Shown here: piece after piece, positions 18,584 through 28,172 of the stretch | Position numbering within the stretch: the first letter of the stretch is position 1 | Layout of the letters: each line of letters opens with the position of its first letter | DNA from: Patescibacteria group bacterium | GTDB lineage: Bacteria; Patescibacteriota; Minisyncoccia; Phycocordibacterales; Phycocordibacteraceae | Direction: 5' to 3' | NCBI GenBank assembly: GCA_040388985.1 | Contig: JAZKAU010000002.1 | Coordinates: 183,642-247,641 of the forward strand | DNA: 64,000 bases | Notes under the pieces: model-generated | Told to the model about the DNA's origin: nothing | Databases searched by the model: none | The model's input: only the letters and a program-made list of their open reading frames with translations | Made by a program: the position numbers and the translations under genes

Positions 18584-19129
18584 ATGACCAAACAAACCAA
18601 AGTATTGCTCGTGATATTAGCAGCGTGTATCGTGCTTGCGCTCGTCGTCTTCCTGGTTATGGGCATGACGCTTTCCACGCCCGAGACGGCTTCCACCACT
18701 CCAGAGATGGCAAGCACATCTTCGACTACTGCTACAGCTAAGGCAGTCGTGCATACAACGATCAAGACCACGTCGTCCACAGTCGTGCAGCCGGGGACTC
18801 CTGTACCGCCACCCACGACTATCTGGAACTTCCATCTCCGCAGCACCGACGCTTCGGGGCAGCAATATACCGACGTTACGCTTACGGCTAACGATAAGGA
18901 CTACGTACTCGGAACGTTCGTCGGCACGTGCAAGACGCTCGCGGATAGCGACCTGAAGGTTGCGAGCGAGATATCCGCCATACAGTGCTTGAGCCAAGGG
19001 AAAGGCGATGAGGTAGGCGTCTTCAAGCAAGGGAATGCGTATGTCGTGAAGAAGGGCACGATCGAGCTCGGCGTTGCTGGCAAGCCTGATACTCACGGCA
19101 CGTTCACGGTCATCCAGACGCTCCCATAA
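18584..19129 (+). CDS. membrane-anchored hypothetical protein
   Basis: N-terminal TM, S/T-rich linker and a globular C-terminus; a GC-rich hairpin precedes it at 18546-18570. Confidence 0.4.
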   Translation: MTKQTKVLLVILAACIVLALVVFLVMGMTLSTPETASTTPEMASTSSTTATAKAVVHTTIKTTSSTVVQPGTPVPPPTTIWNFHLRSTDASGQQYTDVTLTANDKDYVLGTFVGTCKTLADSDLKVASEISAIQCLSQGKGDEVGVFKQGNAYVVKKGTIELGVAGKPDTHGTFTVIQTLP

Positions 19130-19660
19130 ACAGATTCATCTTTCAGAGCATAAAGCGTCTACCCGGAAGACGTCTTATGCTTTTGCTGACGAATATCTGC
19201 GGATAGTGTATTTTGATACCGGGAACCACCACCAAAGGGCTTTTAATCATGGCGGACTCTTTATTAGGTACGAGGCTCACCGTGGACACCAAGATCCTTT
19301 TGGGCGAGGTCGGGGAAGTGCCTGAAGCGCCTTCCATCCTTGCGCAAATGGAAGCAGGTGATCACCGCGCCGCGCTCTCAAGCCTCCTCGCTGTGAAGAG
19401 AAGGCTGCAGGGCGCGATCGAAGTGAAGATGCGGACTCTGATCCTCCGCCTCCAGGCGGAGGGGCAAGGTCGCAACGAGCAGGTGAGCTCGGCGCTCATG
19501 ATGTGATGGCTGAAAGGGCTCGCCGGCGGCGGGCCCTTTTCGATTTCTTGACGTATCTCCCGCTCCCAGGTAGTTTTATAGATAACGCGAGTTGGCGCTC
19601 TTTTACATGTTGTTTTGCCCATAGGGGCAGATCGGACTGGTAAAAGGCGCTGCGCGGAGA

Positions 19661-19682
19661 AAACAATTGCTCGCAATTGTTT
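19661..19682. promoter_or_regulatory. perfect 9-bp inverted repeat AAACAATTG-ctcg-CAATTGTTT in tuf leader
   Basis: Lies within a leader of about 270 nt between the terminator at 19513-19540 and the tuf ATG; flanked by direct repeats TTTGCCCATAGGGG / TTTGCCCATAAAAGGG. Confidence 0.35.
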
Positions 19683-19788
19683 GCCCATAAAAGGGACCGT
19701 TCGGCGCTTTTGTCGTTTCCCAACGGACCGGTATTCAAGAGCGCTCGCAGGGTACTTATTCTTTAAATTACCGATAACTTACAAACAT

Positions 19789-20991
19789 ATGGCAGCAGCA
19801 GCATTCGATCGTTCAAAGCCGCACATGAACGTAGGAACCATCGGTCACGTCGACCATGGTAAGACTACGCTCACCGCAGGCATCCTGAACGTCCTCAACC
19901 TTCTCGGGAACGGCTACAAGGCCCGCGCGGAGAACGTCGACAACATCGACAACGCGCCTGAGGAAAAGGCTCGCGGAATCACGATCGCACTCCACCACTC
20001 GGAGTACGAGACCCCGAACCGTCACTACGCACACATCGACGCTCCAGGCCACGCCGACTACATCAAGAACATGATCACTGGTGCCGCTCAGATGGACGGC
20101 GCAGTGCTCGTAGTCGCCGCGACCGACGGCGCGATGCCGCAGACCCGCGAACACATCCTCCTTGCGAAGCAGGTCGGTGTGCCGAAGCTCATCGTCTTCC
20201 TCAACAAGGTAGATATGGTAGATGACAAGGACATGGTGGACCTCGTCGAAGAGGAAATCCGCGAACTTCTCACTAAGCAGGGCTTCGATGGCGCAAATAC
20301 CCCCGTTATCAAGGGCTCGGGTCTCAAGGCTCTCGAAGCGAAGTCGGCAGACGACGAATACGCTCAGAAGGTCAAGGAGCTCGTCGATACGATGGACACC
20401 TACTTCGAGCAGCCGGAGCGCGACCTCGACAAGCCGTTCCTCATGCCTATCGAGGACATCTTCTCGATTGAAGGCCGCGGAACCGTTATCACGGGCCGCA
20501 TCGAGCGCGGCGTCATCAAGGTCGGTGAGGAAGTCGAGATCGTCGGCCTTCAGCCGACCGTCAAGACGACCGTTACCGGTATCGAGATGTTCAACAAGCA
20601 GCTGACCGAAGGTCAGGCTGGCGACAACGCAGGTATCCTCCTTCGCGGTACGAAGAAGGAAGACGTGCACCGCGGTCAGGTCCTCGCCAAGACGGGTTCC
20701 GTGACCCCGCACACCGAGTTCGAGGCAGAGGTCTACATCCTCTCCAAGGACGAGGGCGGACGCCACACGCCGTTCTTCTCGGGCTACAAGCCGCAGTTCT
20801 ACGTCCGTACGACGGATGTGACCGGCGAGGTTACCCTTCCGGACGGAAAGGAGATGGTCATGCCGGGCGACACCGTGACCTTCAAGGTGAAGCTCACCGC
20901 GCCTATCGCGCTTGAGGACAACACCCGCTTCTCGGTTCGCGAAGGCGGTAAGACCGTGGGCGCAGGCGTCGTGACGAAGATCGTCGCCTAA
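19789..20991 (+). CDS. tuf: elongation factor Tu
   Basis: [13 protein letters not shown] and DAPGHADY; full-length EF-Tu from ATG 19789. Confidence 0.97.
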   Translation: MAAAAFDRSKPHMNVGTIGHVDHGKTTLTAGILNVLNLLGNGYKARAENVDNIDNAPEEKARGITIALHHSEYETPNRHYAHIDAPGHADYIKNMITGAAQMDGAVLVVAATDGAMPQTREHILLAKQVGVPKLIVFLNKVDMVDDKDMVDLVEEEIRELLTKQGFDGANTPVIKGSGLKALEAKSADDEYAQKVKELVDTMDTYFEQPERDLDKPFLMPIEDIFSIEGRGTVITGRIERGVIKVGEEVEIVGLQPTVKTTVTGIEMFNKQLTEGQAGDNAGILLRGTKKEDVHRGQVLAKTGSVTPHTEFEAEVYILSKDEGGRHTPFFSGYKPQFYVRTTDVTGEVTLPDGKEMVMPGDTVTFKVKLTAPIALEDNTRFSVREGGKTVGAGVVTKIVA

Positions 20992-21013
20992 TATCCCGCG
21001 ATTACTCACTCGT

Positions 21014-21388
21014 ATGGCACCCACACCAACCACCAAAGCCGCGCCGAAGAAAGCTGCTGCAAAGACAGCTGAGACGGTCGCTGAGCCGAAGCTCCGCATC
21101 CGCGTGCGCGCCTACGAGCATAAGATCCTCGACCTCTCGGTGAAGCAGATCATGGATACGGCCAATCGGCTCGATGCCAAGATCGTCGGTCCTGTGCCGC
21201 TTCCGACCGAGATAAAGCGTTGGACTGTGAACCGCTCGACCTTCGTCCATAAGGACGCGCGAGAGCAGTTCGAGATGCGCATCCACAAGCGCCTCATCGA
21301 TATCCTTTCGCCGTCAGGCAAGGTCATCGAGGCGCTTACGAATCTCAATCTTCCTTCGGGAGTTACGATTGATGTGAAAATGGTCTAG
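21014..21388 (+). CDS. rpsJ: 30S ribosomal protein S10 (with Lys/Ala-rich N-terminal extension)
   Basis: LRIRVRAYEHKILDLSVKQIMDTANRLDAKIVGPVPLPT...HKDAREQFEMRIHKRLIDI. Confidence 0.93.
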   Translation: MAPTPTTKAAPKKAAAKTAETVAEPKLRIRVRAYEHKILDLSVKQIMDTANRLDAKIVGPVPLPTEIKRWTVNRSTFVHKDAREQFEMRIHKRLIDILSPSGKVIEALTNLNLPSGVTIDVKMV

Positions 21389-21515
21389 CGCGCTTCCAAA
21401 ACTACTGCATCTGCGTTGTTGCGACTTCAAGAATTTCTTCCATCGTACGACTCAGTACGCTTCCAAAAATTCTTTCGTCGCGCCTAGCATCTACAGCAGT
21501 TTTGAAACCGCCTAA

Positions 21516-21555
21516 GCAAAAACAAAGCCGTCCGAAAGGACGGCTTTGTTTTTGC
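21516..21555 (+). terminator. terminator separating rpsJ from rplC
   Basis: GCAAAAACAAAGCCGTCC-gaaa-GGACGGCTTTGTTTTTGC. Confidence 0.6.
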
Positions 21556-21596
21556 TTTCTCTCCTGTATAGTCATTCTCGGAAGGAGGGTAGGTCG

Positions 21597-22073
21597 ATGA
21601 CGATAGACCCGGACATATTTGATCGGTATCTGACTGCCGCTCGAGAGATCGGAGAGCGATTCTTCGAGGACGATCCACCCATCTTAAGGGGTGCGATGTC
21701 CGTTGCAGCCTGTAGCGGCTTCGTGATTTGCTACCGAGGCGGGCCAGGCGGGATCGTACTCGGCCGCGCGGTCGTCGGTGATCTCAACGATTGCTATCGG
21801 AGCAGATATGGCAAGGCAGCCGAAGCTGCTGCTAGAGATGCGTTCTGGAGCATGAGAGGAATCTCGCGATGCCCTGAGGGAGGCGCTGTGAAAGGGAAGA
21901 ATCACGCTCTGGGTGTCGGCGGTCTTCCTCCGGGCGTGAACGAACTCCTGGCGCTATGTACGCTACGGGAAGAGCATCAGCTCCCGTTGGGGTTCTTCAA
22001 GGCGGTCATAGAAGGACCTGACTATGCCGGAATAGATCTCGATCGGATTCTTCGTCCGACGGCCCGCGGTTGA
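21597..22073 (+). CDS. hypothetical protein inserted between rpsJ and rplC
   Basis: GGAAGGAGGG RBS, then the ATG at 21597; Gly-rich, with a weak GlcG/DUF336-like flavour (ALGVGGLPPG); function unassigned. Confidence 0.4.
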   Translation: MTIDPDIFDRYLTAAREIGERFFEDDPPILRGAMSVAACSGFVICYRGGPGGIVLGRAVVGDLNDCYRSRYGKAAEAAARDAFWSMRGISRCPEGGAVKGKNHALGVGGLPPGVNELLALCTLREEHQLPLGFFKAVIEGPDYAGIDLDRILRPTARG

Positions 22074-22316
22074 CGCCAATCTGAAGTATCGCGACAGACA
22101 TCCTCAACGAAAGGGCCGCAGGTGAAGATCTGCGGCCCGAGTTGCATTTCCTGATTGCTTCCTATATAGTGCTTGAAACGCTACGAACGGTGCCCGCGAC
22201 CGGTCCAATGGCCCGGATTCTATCAGAAACCGCGCTATTGCTGCGCGTGTTTTATTTTAGTCAGGTCCGCAGGACGACGCTGAAATAAAACAATGCGAAG
22301 GGCATTTTAAAGAAAC

Positions 22317-22949
22317 ATGAAATTCATCCTCGCCAAGAAAGACCGCATGACCCAGATCTTCACGGAAGACGGGCGTGTCTGGGCTGGTACCGTCCTCAAG
22401 ACGGGCCCTTTGACGGTTACCCAGGTGAAGACGGCGGACGGTAAGGACGGATATAACGCGGTGCAGGTCGGTTTCACCGATCAGAAGCCAGGACGCCTCT
22501 CGAAGGCCGTACTCGGGCACCTCAAAGCTTCCGGCGACAAGTCTTTCCAGACGATTAAGGAGTTTCATGTCGAAAATCCTGCTGACTACGAAGTCGGGAA
22601 GGTCATCGGCCTCGACAGCTTCGCGGTAGGTGACGGCGTCACCATCGCCGGAACATCGAAAGGTCATGGTTTCGCCGGTGTCGTGAAGCGTCATGGCTTC
22701 CGTGGCGGTCGCCGCAGCCACGGTCAGAAGCACTCAGAACGCGAGCCGGGATCGATTGGCGGCGGAGGTCGTGCAGGCGGTCGCGTCGCTAAGGGTATGA
22801 AGATGGGCGGTCGCATGGGTAATGACCGCGTTACGGTGAAGAATCTGAAGGTGCTTCATATCGATGCTGACAAGGGCGAGATCATCATCTCGGGAGCTAT
22901 TCCGGGAGCCAAGGGGTCACTGGTCGAGATAACCTCAATGGCTTCGTAA
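22317..22949 (+). CDS. rplC: 50S ribosomal protein L3
   Basis: MKFILAKKDRMTQIFTEDGRV..VTQVKTADGKDGYNAVQVGF. Confidence 0.95.
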   Translation: MKFILAKKDRMTQIFTEDGRVWAGTVLKTGPLTVTQVKTADGKDGYNAVQVGFTDQKPGRLSKAVLGHLKASGDKSFQTIKEFHVENPADYEVGKVIGLDSFAVGDGVTIAGTSKGHGFAGVVKRHGFRGGRRSHGQKHSEREPGSIGGGGRAGGRVAKGMKMGGRMGNDRVTVKNLKVLHIDADKGEIIISGAIPGAKGSLVEITSMAS

Positions 22950-22959
22950 TTTCTATACT

Positions 22960-23802
22960 ATGGCTACAACTGCAACAAAGAAGACCGCTCCTAAAGCTGC
23001 TCCAAAGGCAGCGGCTAAGACACACCCCGCAGTAGGAACTGCCGGGCACAAGCCTACAAAGAAGGTCGCCGCAAAGACTGCTGCTCCAGCAACAGAGGTA
23101 CAGAAGGTTGAGAAAGTCTCGCCACCGCTCGGCGCTATGGAAGCTACGATCTACGGCATGAACGGCGCTTCGGCCGGCACGCTCAAGCTCCCCGAGGAGA
23201 TTTTCGGCGCGAAGTGGAACGCTGACCTCGTACACCAGGTCGTCATCGGCATGCAGGCAAACGCGCGTCCGACCGTCGCGAACACTAAGTTCCGCAGCGA
23301 AGTCTCGGGCGGCGGTAAGAAGCCGTGGAAGCAGAAGGGAACCGGCCGCGCTCGTCACGGCTCGAGCCGCTCTCCTATATGGCGCGGCGGAGGCGTCACC
23401 CATGGCCCACGTGCGGAGAAAATCTACGCGGTCAAGATCAACCGCAAGATGCGCCTCGCAGCTCTCAAGGTCGTACTCGCTCGCAAGTGGAAGGACGGCG
23501 AAATTATCTTCATCGATCGCCTTACGTTCGACGCGCCGTCGACCAAGCTAGCTAAGGCCGCGATTCTCGCTATCGCGAGCGGTTCCGGAAAGGGAACGCT
23601 TGCAACCAAGCGCGCGAATGCTGCCGTCATAGCTTTCGCGAAGAAGGACACGAATGCCGAGAAGTCGCTACGCAACTTCGGAAGCTTCATCACGGAAGAG
23701 GTGCGCAACCTGAATCCGGTCGACTTGATGAACAAGAAGTATCTGGTCATGAGCGAGCCCGCAGACGCGCTCAAGGTCCTCGCTGAGCGATTCGCCGCAT
23801 AA
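22960..23802 (+). CDS. rplD: 50S ribosomal protein L4 (with A/K-rich N-terminal extension)
   Basis: Canonical uL4 core (GGGKKPWKQKGTGRARHGS..P.WRGGG) preceded by about 60 aa of AKPA repeats. Confidence 0.93.
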   Translation: MATTATKKTAPKAAPKAAAKTHPAVGTAGHKPTKKVAAKTAAPATEVQKVEKVSPPLGAMEATIYGMNGASAGTLKLPEEIFGAKWNADLVHQVVIGMQANARPTVANTKFRSEVSGGGKKPWKQKGTGRARHGSSRSPIWRGGGVTHGPRAEKIYAVKINRKMRLAALKVVLARKWKDGEIIFIDRLTFDAPSTKLAKAAILAIASGSGKGTLATKRANAAVIAFAKKDTNAEKSLRNFGSFITEEVRNLNPVDLMNKKYLVMSEPADALKVLAERFAA

Positions 23803-23813
23803 CACTTACGCAT

Positions 23814-24203
23814 ATGGCACTCTTTTCACCCGACACCAAGAAAACTACGAAGACGTCCTCGAAGACGTCGACTTCAGGCACGCTGAGCCCCGCAATGCGC
23901 AAGGCGCTGACCCACGAGGACGGACGCCTTTCAGGCGTGCTCAAGGCACCATGGTTCTCCGAGAAGGCACTTATCGGTACTGAGCGCGGCGTATACGTCT
24001 TCGAGGTCCCGGGAGACGCTACGAAGCCTCAGATCGCGGCTGCGATCTCGAAGTTCTATAACGTGACGCCGAAGAAGGTCCGCATCGCGAACCTCCCAGC
24101 CAAGAACGTATCGCTTCGCGGACGCCGTGGCCAGGGAACTCGCGCTCGCCGCCACAAGGCATACGTGTACCTGAAGGCAGGCGACACCATCGCGCTCGTG
24201 TAA
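23814..24203 (+). CDS. rplW: 50S ribosomal protein L23 (N-terminally extended)
   Basis: Position between rplD and rplB; LKAPWFSEKA...YVFEV...NV..KKVRIANLPAK. Confidence 0.88.
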   Translation: MALFSPDTKKTTKTSSKTSTSGTLSPAMRKALTHEDGRLSGVLKAPWFSEKALIGTERGVYVFEVPGDATKPQIAAAISKFYNVTPKKVRIANLPAKNVSLRGRRGQGTRARRHKAYVYLKAGDTIALV

Positions 24204-24214
24204 GCCAACCACTT

Positions 24215-25057
24215 ATGAAAACCTACAAGCCAACCAGTCCAAGCCGTCGTAACATGACCACGCTCCCGTATAAGGAGCTGCTGTCCGGCCACAAGCCTCT
24301 CAAGAGCCTTCTCTCGACGAAGAAGGATCGTGCAGGCCGCAACAACGCAGGCCGCATCACGACCCGTCATCAGGGAGGAGGTCATAAGCGCCGCTATCGC
24401 GACGTTGATTTTTCCTACAATAAGAAGGACATCCCGGCGAAGCTCGAGACCATCGAGTACGACCCGTATCGCACCGGTTTCATCTCGGTCGCCCTCTACG
24501 CGGACGGCGAGCGCCGCTATGTGCTCGCTCCTAAGGACGCGAAGGTCGGCGATACGTTCATCGTTGGCGCCGATGCTCCGATAAAGCCAGGGAACCGCAT
24601 GCCACTCGGAAAGATCCCATCGGGCACCTTCGTATACAACGTGGAACTCAAGCTCGGTGCAGGCGCACGCCTCGCACGCTCAGCGGGCAACTACGCTGAA
24701 GTCGTCGCACATGACGCAGGCTACGCGCAGCTCAAGCTTCCTTCGAGCGAGATCCGCAAGGTTTCCGATCTCTGCTACGCATCTATCGGCGCGGTCGGAA
24801 ACGAGAACAGTCGTCTCGTTAAGTACGGAAAGGCAGGACGTTCTCGCTGGAAGGGCATCCGTCCTACGGTCCGCGGTACTGCCATGAACCCGGTTGACCA
24901 TCCGCACGGAGGCGGTGAAGGTAAGCAGGGTCGCGGACTCCGCCGAGCGAAGAGCATGTGGGGCAAGCCTACTGGCAAGGGCCAGAAAACGCGCACTCCG
25001 AAGAAGTACTCGAACAAGTCCATCGTCAGCCGCCGAAAGGTTGGCAAGAAGCGATAA
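24215..25057 (+). CDS. rplB: 50S ribosomal protein L2
   Basis: RNMPLGKIPSGT..HNVELK.GAGA..RSAG and the C-terminal MNPVDHPHGGGEG. Confidence 0.97.
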   Translation: MKTYKPTSPSRRNMTTLPYKELLSGHKPLKSLLSTKKDRAGRNNAGRITTRHQGGGHKRRYRDVDFSYNKKDIPAKLETIEYDPYRTGFISVALYADGERRYVLAPKDAKVGDTFIVGADAPIKPGNRMPLGKIPSGTFVYNVELKLGAGARLARSAGNYAEVVAHDAGYAQLKLPSSEIRKVSDLCYASIGAVGNENSRLVKYGKAGRSRWKGIRPTVRGTAMNPVDHPHGGGEGKQGRGLRRAKSMWGKPTGKGQKTRTPKKYSNKSIVSRRKVGKKR

Positions 25058-25101
25058 GGACGAAAGAAAATCCCCGCAGAAGCGGGGATTTTCTTTCGTC
25101 C
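25058..25101 (+). terminator. rplB terminator
   Basis: GGACGAAAGAAAATCCCCGC-agaa-GCGGGGATTTTCTTTCGTCC. Confidence 0.6.
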
Positions 25102-25132
25102 AAGCGATACGGATGTCTTGTATACTCAACCT

Positions 25133-25555
25133 ATGAATCTCCAGGTAGGCGTAAAAGTGTTTCTAAGGAACAAGGACGACAAGATCTTGCTGGTTAAACG
25201 CTCGTTCGAGAAATATGGGAAGACGGAAGGTGCTTGGGACATCGTGGGCGGACGTATCGATCCGGGAACGCCGCTCATGGAGAACTTGAGGCGAGAAGTC
25301 AGCGAGGAGACGCAGCTCACTATCACCTCCGCGCCAAAGCTCATCGGAGCGCAAGACATCATTCCGAACGACGAGCGGCATATTGTCCGCTTAACGTATG
25401 TTGCGCAGACTGACGGTGAGCCGGTACTCGACCTTTCTGAAAATACAGAATATAAATGGGTCACCTTTCAGGAACTCTCTGAAGAATCAGAGCTTGATGC
25501 CTATGCGAAAGCTCTGGTGCAAACCAATCTCCTCAGCGTCGATTCGTGGGACTAG
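25133..25555 (+). CDS. NUDIX hydrolase
   Basis: NUDIX box GGRIDPGTPLMENLRREVSEETQL; a TATACT -10 sits 7 nt upstream of the ATG, so the transcript may be leaderless. Confidence 0.8.
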   Translation: MNLQVGVKVFLRNKDDKILLVKRSFEKYGKTEGAWDIVGGRIDPGTPLMENLRREVSEETQLTITSAPKLIGAQDIIPNDERHIVRLTYVAQTDGEPVLDLSENTEYKWVTFQELSEESELDAYAKALVQTNLLSVDSWD

Positions 25556-25579
25556 GGTCCGGTCATATATAGTAGGAGT

Positions 25580-26428
25580 ATGATTCCCGTGAAACAGATC
25601 CGAGAAGACGGCAAGGTATATACGAGCTATCCTGCCGAATTGCGAGAAGCGGTCGCACGAGCAATGAGCGCATGGGAAGCGTTTTGCGCGCTTCCTGAGG
25701 ACCTAAAGACGCAGTTCCCGTACCAGGTTGACGGAGGAGTTAGCGGAACAGGCTATGAACTCAAGAAAGAAAAAGGAGATCTCCTAGATCAAAAAGAGAA
25801 TTTTCACTTGCGGCTCCGAGTACGCGACGAATTGCTCGCGACAGCAAAGTCCATCGGTAGTCCAGAAATACGTGAGTTTGTTGAAGCCAGCCTTGCTCTT
25901 CCGGAACTCATCGCTCCGCTACTCGCGGATTTCGCGCACAGCATGGAGAAGGAATTCGATATGACCGGATTCGCTGACGATGTCGCATACGCCACCCCAT
26001 CACTGCTTCTACGCTTCCTGCATTATTTTGGTGATCAGGAACCCGGAGATGAGATTGCGAGTCCTCATGTCGACAAAGGCGGCTTCACACTTCATCTGTA
26101 CGAAAGTGATAAGGGCGTTGAGCAACTCACGGTCGACGGTACATGGGTTCCTATTCCCGTGTCACACGACCAGACCGTCATCTTCCCTGCGCTCGGTCTC
26201 CAGTATCGGCTTAAGAATCAAGCAAAGGCACTGTGCCATAGAGTAGTAGCTACTCCTGAAAGCGCAAAGCGCGGACGTTTCTCGGCAGTATGCTTCGTTG
26301 ATTTCAGAGGTAACGTGCCATGGGATAAGGAAACATATGGACGGCAACAAGACATGCCGCTTGCTTTCAACTACACCATGCCGTGGGATGAGTTCAAGAC
26401 TCACTTCAGGGAAGATATCTTGAGTTAA
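25580..26428 (+). CDS. 2OG-Fe(II) oxygenase superfamily protein
   Basis: HVDKGG (HxD) ... CHRV (His) ... RFSAVCF (RxS), in the typical 2OG-oxygenase order. Confidence 0.5.
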   Translation: MIPVKQIREDGKVYTSYPAELREAVARAMSAWEAFCALPEDLKTQFPYQVDGGVSGTGYELKKEKGDLLDQKENFHLRLRVRDELLATAKSIGSPEIREFVEASLALPELIAPLLADFAHSMEKEFDMTGFADDVAYATPSLLLRFLHYFGDQEPGDEIASPHVDKGGFTLHLYESDKGVEQLTVDGTWVPIPVSHDQTVIFPALGLQYRLKNQAKALCHRVVATPESAKRGRFSAVCFVDFRGNVPWDKETYGRQQDMPLAFNYTMPWDEFKTHFREDILS

Positions 26429-27296
26429 GAACGTCTTTCAGGCTCGAAAGGGGGATAGGTAGCAGGACGGTACCGAGCACATACGGGCCCACCTGATAAG
26501 GCGCGAAGACGATGACAAGCTTGCCATCTTCGATATAGAAATTCTGGAAGCTCTCGACTTTCGGAGCGGTACCATACTGTATATCGTCCGTATTGGCACC
26601 GCCCCCATCGCTCTGCTTACTGATTATTGCCGGAAGGTCCGCACGAGCACGCGTTGAGAGTAGATCGAGATATTTCGTGCCAGGAGTGAAGAGGTCAGCA
26701 ATCGTTAGCAGCTGGCCGGTACCCGAGTCGAAGGTGAAGGTCTTGTAGTAGGTATTCGGATGGGCACCGAGGGTATCGCTGAATATCTCATAATCGTAGG
26801 AGAGCGTGGAAGGAGACTTGTGCGTTGTGTAGGCGATAGTGAGCGCATACTTATTTCCTCGGTCGAGTCCCTGCACCTGTATGTCTTGCGGGGTGAGCGA
26901 GTCGAGTTTCGAGTCGCTCTTGAAGCTCGCGATCTGATCGCCCACGTACGCTTCCATGGTTTGCTGCGCCGCGAGTCCGCCTTCCTTCAGAGGAACCGTT
27001 AGAGGATATTTCGCCCGTATCTCATAATACTTCTGCAGATCGATAACGGTCTTGTCAGCGGGAGTCATTTGCGCAGGCGCTGTCGTCGTTGCGATGCTCG
27101 GGGGCAGAGCTACCGGCGCTGGATGGCTCGCCATATACCAGATAATCAAGGCCAGGAATACCACTATAAGTATGCCGGTCACGATAAGGGCATGGTGCTT
27201 ATGCTTGAAGGTCATATCGCTAAAGTATAGCCTATATATTCGGCCATCTTTGCCAAAATCAAGACTTCTTGCAAAAAGCTGGCGCCCGGTATACAT
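26406..27296 (-). CDS. membrane-anchored DUF3298/DUF4163-like (RsiV/PdaC C-terminal-like) protein
   Basis: N-terminal TM, then a C-terminal FAPYQVGPYVLGTVLLPIP motif typical of DUF3298. Confidence 0.5.
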   Translation of the reverse strand: MYTGRQLFARSLDFGKDGRIYRLYFSDMTFKHKHHALIVTGILIVVFLALIIWYMASHPAPVALPPSIATTTAPAQMTPADKTVIDLQKYYEIRAKYPLTVPLKEGGLAAQQTMEAYVGDQIASFKSDSKLDSLTPQDIQVQGLDRGNKYALTIAYTTHKSPSTLSYDYEIFSDTLGAHPNTYYKTFTFDSGTGQLLTIADLFTPGTKYLDLLSTRARADLPAIISKQSDGGGANTDDIQYGTAPKVESFQNFYIEDGKLVIVFAPYQVGPYVLGTVLLPIPLSSLKDVLNSRYLP

Positions 27297-27360
27297 TGTA
27301 CCTACCTCGCGGTTGGCCGCGGGCTTTTAATTAGCGCGTTTCACACAGGTTTTAATTACG

Positions 27361-27402
27361 GTCCGAATCCGCTCCCCTGAAACCCAGGTCGCAGATTCGG
27401 AC
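27361..27402 (+). promoter_or_regulatory. rpsS leader stem (9-bp perfect GTCCGAATC/GATTCGGAC, 24-nt loop)
   Basis: In the 155-nt region upstream of rpsS, which also contains the CGCGG-ttgg-CCGCG + CTTTTAATT hairpin at 27308-27330. Confidence 0.35.
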
Positions 27403-27451
27403 AGGTAAGGGTTTCTAATCTCGCCTGCGGCTCGCTAACAAACACCTAACA

Positions 27452-27799
27452 ATGTCTCGATCACTCAAGAAAGGACCCTACGTGGACGTAAAACTCCTCA
27501 AGAAGGTCGCTGACAAGAAACCGGCTTCTGCCGGGGTGATTAAGACATGGGCCCGTGCAAGCCAGATCTCTCCGGAAATGCTCGGGTTCACCTTCGGCGT
27601 CCATAATGGCAAGCAGCACGTAGAAGTGCTGGTTACCGAGGACATGGTAGGACATCGCCTCGGCGAGTTCTCCCCGACGAAGAAGTTCGTACGGCACGGC
27701 GGTAAGATGCAGAAGGAGCTTGAGCAGAAGCGCAAGGACTCTGAGATAGCGGCCGCCAAGGCTGCTAAGGCATCGCCTGCTCCTGCCAAGAAGAAATAA
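27452..27799 (+). CDS. rpsS: 30S ribosomal protein S19
   Basis: [35 protein letters not shown]. Confidence 0.95.
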   Translation: MSRSLKKGPYVDVKLLKKVADKKPASAGVIKTWARASQISPEMLGFTFGVHNGKQHVEVLVTEDMVGHRLGEFSPTKKFVRHGGKMQKELEQKRKDSEIAAAKAAKASPAPAKKK

Positions 27800-27828
27800 G
27801 CCCGCACACCCAGACTCCCCCTACTACC

Positions 27829-28158
27829 ATGCAAGCCCACCTTACCAGCTACAACCAGACCCCTCGCAAGGTCCGCCTCGTGACCGACATGGTCAAAGGT
27901 AAGCGCGTGCCGCAGGCTTTGGCTGCGCTCTCCTTCCTTCCGAAGCGCGCGTCTCTTCCTATAAAGAAGCTCATCGAGTCGGCAGTAGCCAACGCGAAGC
28001 TGAAGGGAGAGGATCCCTCATCGCTCATCGTGAAGAACATCACGGTCGATAGCGCAGGCATGCTGGTCAAGTACATGCCGCGCGCTATGGGTCGCGCAGC
28101 TCCGGTACGCCGCCGAAAGAGCCAGGTCTCGGTATTCCTCACTACAGACAGCAAATAG
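27829..28158 (+). CDS. rplV: 50S ribosomal protein L22
   Basis: Position; PRKVRLVTDMVKGKRV..AL..L. Confidence 0.9.
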   Translation: MQAHLTSYNQTPRKVRLVTDMVKGKRVPQALAALSFLPKRASLPIKKLIESAVANAKLKGEDPSSLIVKNITVDSAGMLVKYMPRAMGRAAPVRRRKSQVSVFLTTDSK

Positions 28159-28172
28159 GCCTTACTTTTACC

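Noticed and set aside
19213-19506. 97-aa ORF between the membrane protein and the tuf leader
   Set aside because: It has no RBS and no motif and overlaps a minus-strand ORF of similar length. It cannot be supported as a gene, although something may be encoded in this 380-nt gap.
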